NCBI GenBank assembly: GCA_944391275.1
Contig: CALXSZ010000021.1
Coordinates: forward strand, 1 to 35,224
DNA from: an uncultured Syntrophomonadaceae bacterium
GTDB lineage: Bacteria; Bacillota; Syntrophomonadia; Syntrophomonadales; Syntrophomonadaceae
Reading direction: 5' to 3'
Length of the DNA: 35,224 nucleotides
Shown here: one piece after another, positions 1 to 9,510 of the stretch
How the letters are laid out: the number at the start of each line of letters is the position of its first letter
How positions within the stretch are numbered: the first letter of the stretch is position 1
Program-made: the position numbers and the translations under genes
Notes under the pieces: generated by a model
What the model was told of the DNA's origin: nothing
Database searches by the model: none
Seen by the model: only the letters and a program-made list of their open reading frames with translations

Positions 1-1275
1 GCATAGCATTATTCCGACGATCGCCCACACCCCAAAAGCAAAGTCTGGGTTTACCAAAGTGGGTAACGTCAGCCACTCTGCCGGAAGAACCAACGTCCTC
101 ACATCCACCATCGCCTGCAAAATCTGAAGCGCCGTCGTCAAATCGGGCGCCCGGAAAAACACCCACGCCGCGTTCACAAACAGCATCGTAAGAAGCCACC
201 CCATCCAAGCCGGAAGTTTTCCTCCCATGGCTTTAAAGGCTCGCCAAACGACTAAAGCGCATCCATGCAACCCTCCCCAAAGGATAAACGTCCATCCGGC
301 GCCATGCCACAGGCCGCACAACAAAAAAGTAATCCCCGTATTGACTGCTGTACGTACAGCCCCTTTTCGGCTTCCGCCTAACGGAATATAAATATCGTCA
401 CGTAAAAGTCGGCTTAAGGTCATATGCCACCGGCGCCAAAACTCCTGAATATTCGTTGCCCGATACGGGGAATCAAAATTAATCGGCAGCTGAATATGAA
501 ACATACGAGCCGTCCCTAAGGCCATATCCGTGTATCCGCTAAAATCATAATAGATTTGCAAGGTATACGCCAACGATGTAATCCAGGCCTCCGTCATAAT
601 GAGATTTTCCGGAGAACCGAATCCCAAATTCGCCCACTTGCCCAATGTATCGGCAATTAAAACTTTTTTCCCCAGGCCGATGACAAATTGATAAATCCCG
701 GCTGCACATTCTCGGCTGGAAAACCTTTGCCGTTTCGGGTCCCGGAACTGCTCCAGGGTTTCGTCGTGCCGTACGATCGGTCCGGAAATAAGCTGGGGAA
801 AAAAGCTGGCAAATAACAGATAATCCAATAACGTATACTTTTTGACTTGTCCCCGATAAAGATCCACTAAAAAACCAATTTGTTGGAAAGTGTAAAAGCT
901 GATCGCAAGCGGCAAAGCCACGTTTAACAATGGCCACGCGGTTCCCAGTAGGGCGTTTAAGTTTTCTAAGCAAAAATCCACATATTTAAAAAATCCCAGA
1001 AAAAGTAAATTTCCACTTACCCCAACAATCAGAAACCCCTTCGCCATCGCTTTTTTCTTTTGAACCCTTATGAAACGGCCTATGATATAATTAAAGGTTA
1101 AGGACCCTAAAAAAAGCCCCAAAAAAGAAACATTCCACCAGGCATAGAAAAAGAAAGACGCCGCCAGAAGAAAACAGCGCGCCCAAAACTTCGCCTTGAT
1201 ATGCAACAAGAGAAAATATCCTGCCAGTGTCACCGGCAGAAAAAAGAACAGATATTCATACGAATTGAACAACAT
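1..1275 (-). CDS. MBOAT-family membrane O-acyltransferase (DltB/AlgI-like). The N-terminus and 425 codons are present; the C-terminal end runs off the left edge.
   Basis: It is missing from the ORF track because it has no in-window stop. Manual translation from the ATG at 1275 (AAGGAG 10 nt upstream) stays open to position 1 and begins MLFNSYEYLFFFLPVTLAGYF. MBOAT hallmarks seen: FYTFQQ, SGPIVR, YYDFSGYTDMALG, NFDSPY, FWRRWHMTLSRLLRDDIYIPLGG, LWHG. Confidence 0.85.
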   Translation of the reverse strand, partial: MLFNSYEYLFFFLPVTLAGYFLLLHIKAKFWARCFLLAASFFFYAWWNVSFLGLFLGSLTFNYIIGRFIRVQKKKAMAKGFLIVGVSGNLLFLGFFKYVDFCLENLNALLGTAWPLLNVALPLAISFYTFQQIGFLVDLYRGQVKKYTLLDYLLFASFFPQLISGPIVRHDETLEQFRDPKRQRFSSRECAAGIYQFVIGLGKKVLIADTLGKWANLGFGSPENLIMTEAWITSLAYTLQIYYDFSGYTDMALGTARMFHIQLPINFDSPYRATNIQEFWRRWHMTLSRLLRDDIYIPLGGSRKGAVRTAVNTGITFLLCGLWHGAGWTFILWGGLHGCALVVWRAFKAMGGKLPAWMGWLLTMLFVNAAWVFFRAPDLTTALQILQAMVDVRTLVLPAEWLTLPTLVNPDFAFGVWAIVGIMLC

Positions 1276-1320
1276 GGGTTTGAAACTCCTTCATGGCGCT
1301 TTATGGCGTTTCCCATTTTT

Positions 1321-2121
1321 TTATAACTGCAATAGCATTCGGTCGTTTTCCAGTTTTTCCCCTTGGTTCTTTTGGTTAAAAAGTTCAACTAACCCCTCTA
1401 CCGTCATGTTTTGTCGTTCTTCCCCTTCAAGATCCAAAATGATTCCACCTTCGTTCATCATAATGGTACGGTTGCCATACGACAAAGCTTGCTGCATATT
1501 ATGCGTAACCATGAGCGTCGTTAGTTGGTTCTTCCCCACAATTTCTCGGGTAAGTTCCATCACTTTCCTGGCGCTGGCCGGATCTAACGCTGCGGTGTGT
1601 TCATCCAAAAGCAATACCTTCGGCATAACAAGAGTCGCCATCAACAGCGTGAGGGCTTGCCGTTGCCCGCCGGATAACAGTCCGACTTTATCTTTCATCC
1701 GATCTTCTAATCCTAAATCTAAGCGGGACAATTGTTCTTTTAAGTAAGCGCTTTCTTTCGAACTGATCCCCGGCTGCAAACCATGCTGTTGGCCTTTCAT
1801 CAATGCCATAGCTAGATTTTCCTCGATCGTCATAGCATAAGCCGTTCCCAGTAAAGGATCTTGAAAAACGCGCCCAACAAAACGGGAACGTTTATATTCT
1901 GGCCAAAAGCTGATATCCACATCGTCCAAAAAAATCCGCCCGCAATCCATCTCGTACACGCCGGAAATACTATTCAATAATGTGGATTTTCCCGAACCAT
2001 TGGATCCAATAACGGTAACAAAATCGCCGTCTTTTAATGTAAAAGAAACATTTTTTAACGCTTGTTTTTCATTAATCGTGCCTTGCCCGAATGTAAGACT
2101 GACATGTTGAATTTCTAACAT
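1321..2121 (-). CDS. ABC transporter ATP-binding protein (COG1101-type partner of PF04392 binding proteins)
   Basis: Walker A GSNGSGKST, ABC signature LSGGQRQ, Walker B LLLDEHTAALD, H-loop VTHN. GGGGGA lies 7 nt upstream of the ATG. Confidence 0.9.
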   Translation of the reverse strand: MLEIQHVSLTFGQGTINEKQALKNVSFTLKDGDFVTVIGSNGSGKSTLLNSISGVYEMDCGRIFLDDVDISFWPEYKRSRFVGRVFQDPLLGTAYAMTIEENLAMALMKGQQHGLQPGISSKESAYLKEQLSRLDLGLEDRMKDKVGLLSGGQRQALTLLMATLVMPKVLLLDEHTAALDPASARKVMELTREIVGKNQLTTLMVTHNMQQALSYGNRTIMMNEGGIILDLEGEERQNMTVEGLVELFNQKNQGEKLENDRMLLQL

Positions 2122-2200
2122 AACTTGTTCCCCCGCTCTCTATGTATGGCCGCACTTCCCTCGTTATCGACTTGCCCTTCGTGCATTCTTCTTTGAAAAA

Positions 2201-3088
2201 TTATCCCTTTCGTCTTTTTTGCCATAAAAAGTATTTCGCCTTAAGTACAGGAAGCGATAACGCCAGGGTAACAATGATCGCAGAAACCAATTTTAAATCC
2301 GTTGAAGGCATCCCCAAGTTCAGCGCAAAAGCAATAACAATCCGATAAACGATCGCCCCCAAAACAACCGCAAGTAAGCGTCGGAATAGCGAACGAATTC
2401 CAAAAATCACTTCGCCAATAATCACGGAGGCTAATCCAATCACCACCATTCCAACGCCCATACTAATATCGCAATAGCTTTGATATTGAGCAAGTACCGC
2501 GCCGCATAACCCGACCAATCCATTGGCCAGAGCCATCCCCGCTAAAATCATTTTGCTCGTATCGACTCCTAAAGCCCGGACCATCTGTTGATTATCACCT
2601 GTTCCGCGTAAAATAAAACCAAAACGGGTTTTTAAAAATCCATAGAGCAACCCAATGACCAGTAACAAAAGGGCCAAAGGAATCAGCCATTCAGCCTGAT
2701 CCGCCAGGGGCGTTCCTTCTAGGCTTTGAAAGATTGTTGGTTGATTCAGTAGTGAAATATTGGCGCGATTCCCCATGATACGCAGATTAACGGAATAAAG
2801 TCCCAGCATAACCAAGATCCCGGCTAACAACGGTTGGATTTTCAGATGCGTATTTAATACCGCAGTCACCATACCCGCCACAGCGGACGCCAGGAATCCA
2901 GCCGGCAACGCCAGCCAGGGATGTCCCGCAACACAAAAAACCGCCGAAACAGCAGCTCCGGTTACGAAGCTGCTGTCTACGGTCAAATCCGGAATATCCA
3001 ACGTCCGAAAAGAAATAAACACGCCGACCGCCATAATGGCGTAAATCATTCCCAAAATAATGGCGCCCTGAAATGCGATTATCGTCAT
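2201..3088 (-). CDS. ABC transporter permease (COG4120 / branched-chain-type BPD_transp_2 fold)
   Basis: 295-aa protein that is hydrophobic throughout with multiple predicted TM helices. It sits between the binding protein and the ATPase of the same operon. Confidence 0.85.
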   Translation of the reverse strand: MTIIAFQGAIILGMIYAIMAVGVFISFRTLDIPDLTVDSSFVTGAAVSAVFCVAGHPWLALPAGFLASAVAGMVTAVLNTHLKIQPLLAGILVMLGLYSVNLRIMGNRANISLLNQPTIFQSLEGTPLADQAEWLIPLALLLLVIGLLYGFLKTRFGFILRGTGDNQQMVRALGVDTSKMILAGMALANGLVGLCGAVLAQYQSYCDISMGVGMVVIGLASVIIGEVIFGIRSLFRRLLAVVLGAIVYRIVIAFALNLGMPSTDLKLVSAIIVTLALSLPVLKAKYFLWQKRRKG

Positions 3089-3095
3089 CGTATCG

Positions 3096-4112
3096 TTACT
3101 CCTGACTTGTCAAAATCGTCGCCCGATCCATAACGGTCTGCGGAATTTCGATTCCAAGTGCTTCCGCCGTATCTTCATTCAAGTAAACGGCAAAATCGTT
3201 CATGGTGACCACCGGAATGTCCGCCGGGTTTTCTCCATTTAGAATACGCGCCGCAATTTTTCCGGTTTCATCGCCTAACATCGTATAATTCACTCCACAC
3301 GTCGCTAATCCGCCATCCTGCACCATGGAATCCGCTCCGACATAAACCGGCGTCCCAGAATCAATCGCCGTCTTAGCAACCAACGGCATAGCAGTTGCAA
3401 CGGTATTGTCGATGGGAGAGAAAACGGCGTCCACACGCCCCATTAAAGAAGTAACCGCTTGCTGCACTTCAGAGGAATTGGTAACCGTCGCTTCAATCAC
3501 TTCTATGCCGTTTTCTTCCGCATACGCCTTCAAATCACGGATAACCGACATGGAATTGGTTTCTCCAGTATTATACAATGCGCCAATGGTCTTTAAATCC
3601 GGTTGAATTTCTCTGGCCAAATCCATAATTGCGGAAGCCGACACTGCATCGGACGTTCCAGTGACATTTCCTCCCGGGTTATTCAAATCAGCTACCAGAC
3701 CCGCTTCAATCGGATCGGTAACGGCTGAGAAAACAATCGGAATATCTTTCGTCCTTCCAGCGGCCGATTGGGCGGCTGGAGTCGCAATCGCAACAATCAA
3801 ATCATAATCGTTCTCTACAAACTTTTGACAGATAGTTTGCTGATTGGTCGGATCATTCTGAGCATTTTGGTAATCAATGGTTACGGTTTGTCCATCAACA
3901 AATCCTTCCTCCGCCAAAGACGCAATAATACCTTCATAAATCGTATTAAGCGACGGATGTTCAACCAACTGAATAATACCAATTGTTGGCATATCCTGTG
4001 TCGTATCCGCTTGAGACGTTGCATTCTCCGATGTTTCCTCCGTTCCACATCCCACGGCAAACATTCCAAGCAGACCTGTCAATAATAACGCTGCAATTTT
4101 GTTCTTTGTCAT
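3096..4112 (-). CDS. ABC transporter substrate-binding lipoprotein (ABC_sub_bind / PF04392, COG2984; TrpX/HisX-like)
   Basis: The ORF-track start at 4244 lies inside the T-box leader. The real start is the ATG at 4112, with AAGGAAGGG upstream. The N-terminus MTKNKIAALLLTGLLGMFAVGC carries a lipobox (AVGC). The family-typical motif IGIIQLVEHPSLN is present. Confidence 0.85.
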   Translation of the reverse strand: MTKNKIAALLLTGLLGMFAVGCGTEETSENATSQADTTQDMPTIGIIQLVEHPSLNTIYEGIIASLAEEGFVDGQTVTIDYQNAQNDPTNQQTICQKFVENDYDLIVAIATPAAQSAAGRTKDIPIVFSAVTDPIEAGLVADLNNPGGNVTGTSDAVSASAIMDLAREIQPDLKTIGALYNTGETNSMSVIRDLKAYAEENGIEVIEATVTNSSEVQQAVTSLMGRVDAVFSPIDNTVATAMPLVAKTAIDSGTPVYVGADSMVQDGGLATCGVNYTMLGDETGKIAARILNGENPADIPVVTMNDFAVYLNEDTAEALGIEIPQTVMDRATILTSQE

Positions 4113-4183
4113 TTTTTTCCCTTCCTTTGATCTTTTTTTGATCTTTTTTCTACTGCCTTTCCCGCATAGAATAAAATGATTAT

Positions 4184-4222
4184 AAAAAACAAAAATCTGC
4201 CCTTTATTCAAAGGACAGATTC
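4184..4222 (-). terminator. Intrinsic terminator of the T-box leader; it probably also terminates truA read-through
   Basis: The minus strand reads ATCTGTCCTTT-GAAT-AAAGGGCAGAT followed by TTTTTGTTTTTT. Confidence 0.8.
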
Positions 4223-4474
4223 TTTCATTCATCTGCGGTGCCACCTTTATTGACGCTAAACTTGCGTCCCCTCATTTTCAAGATGCATACTGCCATCTCC
4301 GTTATTAACGCCAACGCTGCGTCGCCAGCTACACAAAAGGAGATTCATTCCCCTTTCTTCACCGCGCCCTCCAAGGCCCATCCTCCGCCGCGCATTCGCC
4401 GAGTTCCCACCTTTCTCAGCTCTCTTTAGAACCGCTTGACGGCCTCTTTCCTCTTCAACGGTTTAATTGTTATG
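4184..4474 (-). promoter_or_regulatory. T-box riboswitch leader; probable Trp (UGG) specifier
   Basis: The minus strand shows Stem I elements: UGA K-turn half, AAAGAG, AGAGAG bulge, and distal CUGAGAAAGGUGGGAAC. The T-box motif AAAGGUGGCACCGCAG is at 4233-4248. An antiterminator (AAAGG/CCUUU plus CAGAU/AUCUG around a UGGCACC bulge) competes with the terminator 5' arm. The candidate specifier UGG at 4378-4380 is followed by a purine and then a CCUU helix. Confidence 0.85.
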
Positions 4475-5257
4475 TTAATTAGTATAATTTTTCATTGGTT
4501 CGTTGTCAACTATTTTCTCTTCATCCTCATACTGAATCCGGTACAGCGCTAACCCCTGTGGGGGCGCGGTCTTTCCCCCCAGGCTTCGTTTTCCTGTTTG
4601 AAGCATCTTTTGAAAGACGTCCTCCGGAAGGCGTCCGCGTCCGACGTCTATCAAAGTCCCCGCAATGATGCGTACCATATTGTACAAAAAACCATTAGCC
4701 TGGATAAACAGCCGTATCCAATCGTCCTCCTTGACCAATTCGCACTGGATAACCTTTCGCACATACTGTTTTACGCTGCTTCGGGTCGCGCAAAACGCGC
4801 GAAAATCATGTTCTCCGACCAAATCCTTACAAGCTCTTTGCATGACGGTCTCATCAAGCTGAAATTTTATGCAACAAGCATATCGTTGATAGATACTCTT
4901 CCCTTTGTTTCCTTGATATATTTGATACAAATACGTTTTTGTATGCGGCGAAAATCGAGGGTGAAAAGTTTCAGGAATTTCGGAGCTTTCCTGAATATGA
5001 ATATCTTGGGGCAAATAGTAATTTAAAATTTGCGCCCAGCGTTCGCCCGGAATACGCGTGTCGGACGTAAAAGCCGCTACTTGCTCCCAGGCATGAACGC
5101 CGGCGTCCGTGCGTCCCGCTCCATCAATCCGCACGTTTCCTCCCCCTGCTTTCCAAATCGCCTTTTCCAGTTCCGCTTGAATGGTATTGGCATTTTCCTG
5201 GATTTGAAAGCCATGGTACGCTGTCCCATCGTAATCGAGACGTAACTTAATCCGCAT
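4475..5257 (-). CDS. truA: tRNA pseudouridine(38-40) synthase TruA
   Basis: Begins MRIKLRLDYDGTAYHGFQIQ and contains GAGRTDAGVHA with the catalytic Asp. Length is 260 aa. Confidence 0.92.
   Translation of the reverse strand: MRIKLRLDYDGTAYHGFQIQENANTIQAELEKAIWKAGGGNVRIDGAGRTDAGVHAWEQVAAFTSDTRIPGERWAQILNYYLPQDIHIQESSEIPETFHPRFSPHTKTYLYQIYQGNKGKSIYQRYACCIKFQLDETVMQRACKDLVGEHDFRAFCATRSSVKQYVRKVIQCELVKEDDWIRLFIQANGFLYNMVRIIAGTLIDVGRGRLPEDVFQKMLQTGKRSLGGKTAPPQGLALYRIQYEDEEKIVDNEPMKNYTN
4481..4509 (-). promoter_or_regulatory. Sigma-A-type promoter for the T-box/ABC operon, embedded in the 3' end of truA
   Basis: Minus strand: TTGACA (4504-4509), 17-nt spacer, TATACT (4481-4486). Confidence 0.6.
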
Positions 5258-5292
5258 TTTCTCCGGCTCCCCTGTTCCTGAATTCAGCTAGC

Positions 5293-6996
5293 CTATTCGA
5301 TCTCGCCACGGAAACCTCGGCGGAAAACTTCAATAGCTTGGGCATTATCATTGATAAAATATGGACGCGCAATGTCTCCATTCGGAGCCATATCTCGGCC
5401 GTCCCACCAAACCGCCATCTTAAGGTGCGGATAGTTTTTCAAATGTCGAAACATCTCTTCCACCCAAAGAGCCTTGTCGCCACCGATGCTGCTGCAAGCA
5501 AATTCCGTAATCATCATCGGTTTGGAACTATAGGCCAATACTTTTTTATAAATCGGATCATAAATTTCCGCAAAACTCCGCCACGTTTCTCCGCTGCTTG
5601 CATAATAGGTTCCGGTGTTATAACCTGTTAATCCAATAACGTCGACATATTCATCTCCAGGATAATACAGTGTTTCATAGTTCCATTTATAGTTGGGATA
5701 AGCCCGCTCATTTGGGTTCCATACCCAGATTGTATTTTCCAACGCCCCTTCGGATCGGAAAATTTCATAAACATATCGATAAAAGGCTCTGTAAATGGAT
5801 GTATCCCGGGAAGTGTGGTAGGCCGAATATGGACACCAGTCGCCGTTCATTTCATTTCCTAGGCGGAAAATGACTGGATGAGCAAATTCCGCAACATCTG
5901 CGGCAAATTGATGTAGAAAATCATCATACGTACCATTCAAAACCTGATAAACCATATTCCCTTCTTCAGCTTCATAATTGTTGTTCGTTTGCAACGTTAA
6001 TTCCAGTACGCGTCCTTCAGCATAAGATGCATCCAATACCTGGTCAATGGGATAATCCTGATAATTTTTGTGAATATGGCTATAATATAACAAAACAGGG
6101 AACTGATATTGCAACTCCGCTTCTTTTTGTTTCAACGGCAATAAATTCTGCGGCGCGCTAGGTTCGAAAAGTCCCCAAGTCAAAGGGCCGTCCTCTAAGA
6201 AATATTCTTGGTAATAAGCTTGTGTTTCTTCATTCCAAACATGGGACACGGCACTTTGGACCGTTTGATTACTTCCTAAAGCCGAACGACTCATCGTTGT
6301 AAAACTATTTAAAATTGTATCGTATCCTCCACACTCTGCAATCGGTTTTTCGGTTTTAATGAAAATATTATAAACGCTCAAGCCATCTATAATATCCAAC
6401 GATGTGTAATAATTCCGGTCCTCTTCGATCCGAGAAAGCTTATCCCGATGCCAAAGATAGATCTGCACATCTCGTCCGTTAATTTTTTGGGTCGTTTTTA
6501 AGTCCTTGATATCCGCCGAGGAATTGTCTACGCCCTTATAACTATAAACGAGGTAAGAATCCACTTCGCTACGATTGTTAAAATCTTCCCGGTAAATTTC
6601 AATATGCTGGTCGTCCGAATTTAATACGGCGCACAATCCGGATAAATTCATATTTTGCACAGTAATTTGTCCAGGTAAGATCATCGAATATCCATCGACA
6701 TAATTATAAAATCGAGTCCCTCCCCCAGTCACCGGTTCCAGACGGTAACGTCCCTGCGGATCCTGATAATTGCTTTGCGGAGCCGTTTTTAAATTGGTCT
6801 CAGGAATTTCTCCACTTACAATGATCGTTTCTTTGGATTTATTTTTGCTTTGATTGGTTGCATTTTCTTCTTGAATGGTTACTAATTGATTCTGGCTAAC
6901 AGCTACCCATCCGTCCGCTAAAACCAGATGGGGAAACCCGATGAAGCAAACGCACAACAGGCTGACTATAAAGATTTTTTTCTTTTTCCCAAACAT
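5293..6996 (-). CDS. Secreted two-domain protein: N-terminal region of unknown function plus C-terminal GH26-like (clan GH-A, beta-mannanase-like) glycoside hydrolase
   Basis: Signal peptide MFGKKKKIFIVSLLCVCFIGFPHLVLA|DG. The C-terminal half has FRLGNEMNGDWCPY (acid/base Glu context), IWVWNPN, and MMITEFACSS (nucleophile Glu context). Confidence 0.65.
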   Translation of the reverse strand: MFGKKKKIFIVSLLCVCFIGFPHLVLADGWVAVSQNQLVTIQEENATNQSKNKSKETIIVSGEIPETNLKTAPQSNYQDPQGRYRLEPVTGGGTRFYNYVDGYSMILPGQITVQNMNLSGLCAVLNSDDQHIEIYREDFNNRSEVDSYLVYSYKGVDNSSADIKDLKTTQKINGRDVQIYLWHRDKLSRIEEDRNYYTSLDIIDGLSVYNIFIKTEKPIAECGGYDTILNSFTTMSRSALGSNQTVQSAVSHVWNEETQAYYQEYFLEDGPLTWGLFEPSAPQNLLPLKQKEAELQYQFPVLLYYSHIHKNYQDYPIDQVLDASYAEGRVLELTLQTNNNYEAEEGNMVYQVLNGTYDDFLHQFAADVAEFAHPVIFRLGNEMNGDWCPYSAYHTSRDTSIYRAFYRYVYEIFRSEGALENTIWVWNPNERAYPNYKWNYETLYYPGDEYVDVIGLTGYNTGTYYASSGETWRSFAEIYDPIYKKVLAYSSKPMMITEFACSSIGGDKALWVEEMFRHLKNYPHLKMAVWWDGRDMAPNGDIARPYFINDNAQAIEVFRRGFRGEIE

Positions 6997-7034
6997 TCCT
7001 CTTCCTATCCTTTTTCCTTTCTTTCCGTGATTTT

Positions 7035-7080
7035 AAAAAAGAGCTGTACCAACACAGCCTCTGCTATTTTGATACAGCTC
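7035..7080 (-). terminator. Intrinsic terminator downstream of rplQ
   Basis: Minus strand: GAGCTGTA, a 24-nt loop, TACAGCTC, then TTTTTT. Confidence 0.7.
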
Positions 7081-7122
7081 CTTCCGTATTTATCTACGAA
7101 ATTTTTTCCGCTATCCCAGCCA

Positions 7123-7461
7123 TTATACCAATTCAATAATCGCCATTGGCGCACCGTCGCCCCGACGAAAGCCAACTTTTGTAATGCGCGTATAGCCTCC
7201 TTGTTTCGTTTCAAAACGAGGAGCTAAAGTTGTAAACAATTTTTTAATCGCTTCTTCATCCATCAGATAGGACGCCGCCTGGCGTCTTGCATGCAAATCG
7301 CCGCGTTTACCCAACGTAATCATTTTTTCTGCAATACTTCCAATTTCTTTGGCTCGCGTTTCAGTTGTTGTAATCTTCTCTTGCTTTAAAAGTGAAGTAA
7401 CCGCATTCCGTAAAAGCGCCCGCCGATGATCACTTCGAAAGCCGAGTTTCCGATATCCCAC
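7123..7461 (-). CDS. rplQ: 50S ribosomal protein L17
   Basis: Begins [25 protein letters not shown]. Follows rpoA in the conserved position. Confidence 0.95.
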   Translation of the reverse strand: MGYRKLGFRSDHRRALLRNAVTSLLKQEKITTTETRAKEIGSIAEKMITLGKRGDLHARRQAASYLMDEEAIKKLFTTLAPRFETKQGGYTRITKVGFRRGDGAPMAIIELV

Positions 7462-7477
7462 TTATAACCCCCCTCTC

Positions 7478-8434
7478 TTAATCTTCAGGTTTTTTAAAGG
7501 TAAAACCCAATTCATTTAATTTTCTTTCAATTTCTTCCAGAGATTTTTGTCCGAGGTTTCTGATTTTGCTCATTTCTTCCCGTGTTTTACCGATTAAATC
7601 ATTTACGGTATTAATATTGGCACGTTTTAACCCATTTGACGCCCGTACGGATAATTCCATCTCTTCAATGGACATATCCAAAACTTTGTCGCGTTTTTCT
7701 TCTTCTTTTTCAATCAAAATTTCGACTTCTGCGTAGGTGTCGTCAATTTCTGTAAACAATTCCAGATATTCCATCAGAATCCGCGCGGAAAGACTAATCG
7801 CTTCCGATGGGCTAATACTGCCATTGGTCCAAATTTCCAAAATCAGCTTGTCATAATCGGTTCGTTTGCCTACGCGCGCTGTTTCGACTGTATAGTTTAC
7901 CTTGACGACCGGGGTGTAAATGGAATCAACTGGCAGCAAACCAATGATTTCTTCGGATTTAATGGGCTGCTGATCCGCATTGACATAACCACGTCCTCTT
8001 TCTACCGTAAATTCGATATCCAGCTTTCCGTCATCATCCAAGGTGGCCAGATGCAATTCTGGATTTAAGATGGTTACTTCCGCATCTGTTTCAATATCCC
8101 CAGCCGTTACTTCTCCGGGACCTTGCGCTGTTAAATGTAAGGTTTTTCTTTCATTTCCGGTATAAGAAATAACAATTTGCTTGACATTCAGGATAATTTC
8201 CGTAGTATCTTCCAATACCCCTGGAATTGTTGAAAATTCATGCATCACGCCGTCCATTTTAAAGGAAGTGACGGCTGCTCCCGGCAAAGAGGATAGGAGT
8301 ACCCGTCTTAACGAGTTTCCTAATGTGGTACCATATCCTCTTTCTAGCGGTTCAACAACAAATTTCCCATAGTTGCTGTTTTTGTCATTTTCCCATTCAA
8401 CCTTTTCGATCCGCGGTTTTTCCATCCCAAGCAT
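7478..8434 (-). CDS. rpoA: DNA-directed RNA polymerase subunit alpha
   Basis: The sequence is typical of RpoA. The ORF-track TTG at 8455 overlaps the RBS; the ATG at 8434 ([13 protein letters not shown]) lies 8 nt after AAGGGGGA. Confidence 0.93.
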   Translation of the reverse strand: MLGMEKPRIEKVEWENDKNSNYGKFVVEPLERGYGTTLGNSLRRVLLSSLPGAAVTSFKMDGVMHEFSTIPGVLEDTTEIILNVKQIVISYTGNERKTLHLTAQGPGEVTAGDIETDAEVTILNPELHLATLDDDGKLDIEFTVERGRGYVNADQQPIKSEEIIGLLPVDSIYTPVVKVNYTVETARVGKRTDYDKLILEIWTNGSISPSEAISLSARILMEYLELFTEIDDTYAEVEILIEKEEEKRDKVLDMSIEEMELSVRASNGLKRANINTVNDLIGKTREEMSKIRNLGQKSLEEIERKLNELGFTFKKPED

Positions 8435-8473
8435 TATTCGAATCCCCCTTTTCAATTATAGAGGCTGGACCGA

Positions 8474-9067
8474 CTATCTGGAGTACAGTTCGACGATAAG
8501 CTGTTCTTCCACTTCATAATCAATATCATCTCGGCTGGGCATGGCAACCACTTTACCTTCAAAGCTGTCTTTTTCCCGTTCCAACCATTTCGGGGTTACA
8601 ACCGAACCATTATCTTCCAGCAACGCTTTAAATTTAGCAGAAGAGCGAGATTTTTCCGCAACCGCAATTACATCGCCTGGTTCTACAAGATACGATGGAA
8701 TATTCACTTTTTTCCCATTAACCGTGAAATGTGCATGAGACGTCAACTGTCTTGCTTCCCGGCGCGTATAGGCAAACCCTAAACGGAAAACGACATTATC
8801 CAACCGTCGTTCGATCAAGGTCAGTAGATTTTCACCCGTTTTGCCTTCCATTCTGGATGCCTTTTCATAATATCTTCTGAATTGGGCTTCTAAAACCCCA
8901 TAAATAAACTTAACCTTTTGTTTCTCCGTCAGCTGCTTGGCATATTCAGACGGCTTTTGTCTGCCTTTCTTCGGATTTCTTTTTGTTTCTTTGGAAAGGC
9001 CCATAACGGTCGGAGAAATTCCCAGAGTCTTACATCTCTTGAGGATCGGCTGTTTATTTCTTGCCAT
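8474..9067 (-). CDS. rpsD: 30S ribosomal protein S4 (no zinc-ribbon cysteines)
   Basis: Begins [16 protein letters not shown] and contains [12 protein letters not shown]. Conserved order. Confidence 0.95.
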   Translation of the reverse strand: MARNKQPILKRCKTLGISPTVMGLSKETKRNPKKGRQKPSEYAKQLTEKQKVKFIYGVLEAQFRRYYEKASRMEGKTGENLLTLIERRLDNVVFRLGFAYTRREARQLTSHAHFTVNGKKVNIPSYLVEPGDVIAVAEKSRSSAKFKALLEDNGSVVTPKWLEREKDSFEGKVVAMPSRDDIDYEVEEQLIVELYSR

Positions 9068-9093
9068 GTTTTCTTATCCTCCTTAATCCTCTA

Positions 9094-9486
9094 TTAAACT
9101 CTTCTTCTCTTTGGCGGACGGCAGCCATTGTGCGGAATCGGCGTGACGTCCTTAATCGCACTCACTTCTAAGCCGGCAGCCTGCAACGAACGAATTGCCG
9201 CTTCACGCCCTGCGCCCGGTCCTTTTACATAACATTCCACTTCTTTTAACCCATGCTCCATAGCAGCTTTAGCCGCAGTTTCCGCTGCTTGCTGCGCGGC
9301 AAAAGGCGTGCTTTTTCTGGAGCCTTTAAAGCCGGACGTTCCAGCGCTGGCCCAAGAAATTGCATTTCCATATTTATCGCTGATCGTAACAATCGTATTA
9401 TTAAAGGTCGATTTAATATGGGCAACGCCCTGATCAATATTTTTCCTTTCGCGCCGTTTTACTCGCGTGGTGGTTTTTTTTGCCAC
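9094..9486 (-). CDS. rpsK: 30S ribosomal protein S11
   Basis: Contains [18 protein letters not shown] and ends [15 protein letters not shown]. Confidence 0.95.
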   Translation of the reverse strand: MAKKTTTRVKRRERKNIDQGVAHIKSTFNNTIVTISDKYGNAISWASAGTSGFKGSRKSTPFAAQQAAETAAKAAMEHGLKEVECYVKGPGAGREAAIRSLQAAGLEVSAIKDVTPIPHNGCRPPKRRRV

Positions 9487-9510
9487 TTGACACTTCCTCC
9501 TTCTTACGGC

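Noticed and set aside
545-973. 142-aa minus-strand ORF from the ORF track
   Set aside because: It is out of frame inside the MBOAT gene. The MBOAT frame stays open from 1275 to 1 and carries all family motifs. This ORF has no RBS and a low-complexity translation.
4300-4440. Alternative T-box specifier codons: AUG in GGAUGG, UGC in GAAUGCG, GAA in GAAGAAA, and the second UGG in CCUUGGA
   Set aside because: AUG and UGC imply A73 or U73 discriminators, which do not match the UGGC bulge. GAA and the second UGG are not followed by a sequence that can pair back to the 5' strand of Stem I. This remains unproven without a covariance-model alignment.
7005-7214. 69-aa minus-strand ORF overlapping the rplQ 3' end
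   Set aside because: It is out of frame with L17 and runs through the rplQ terminator hairpin. It has no RBS and no recognisable domain.
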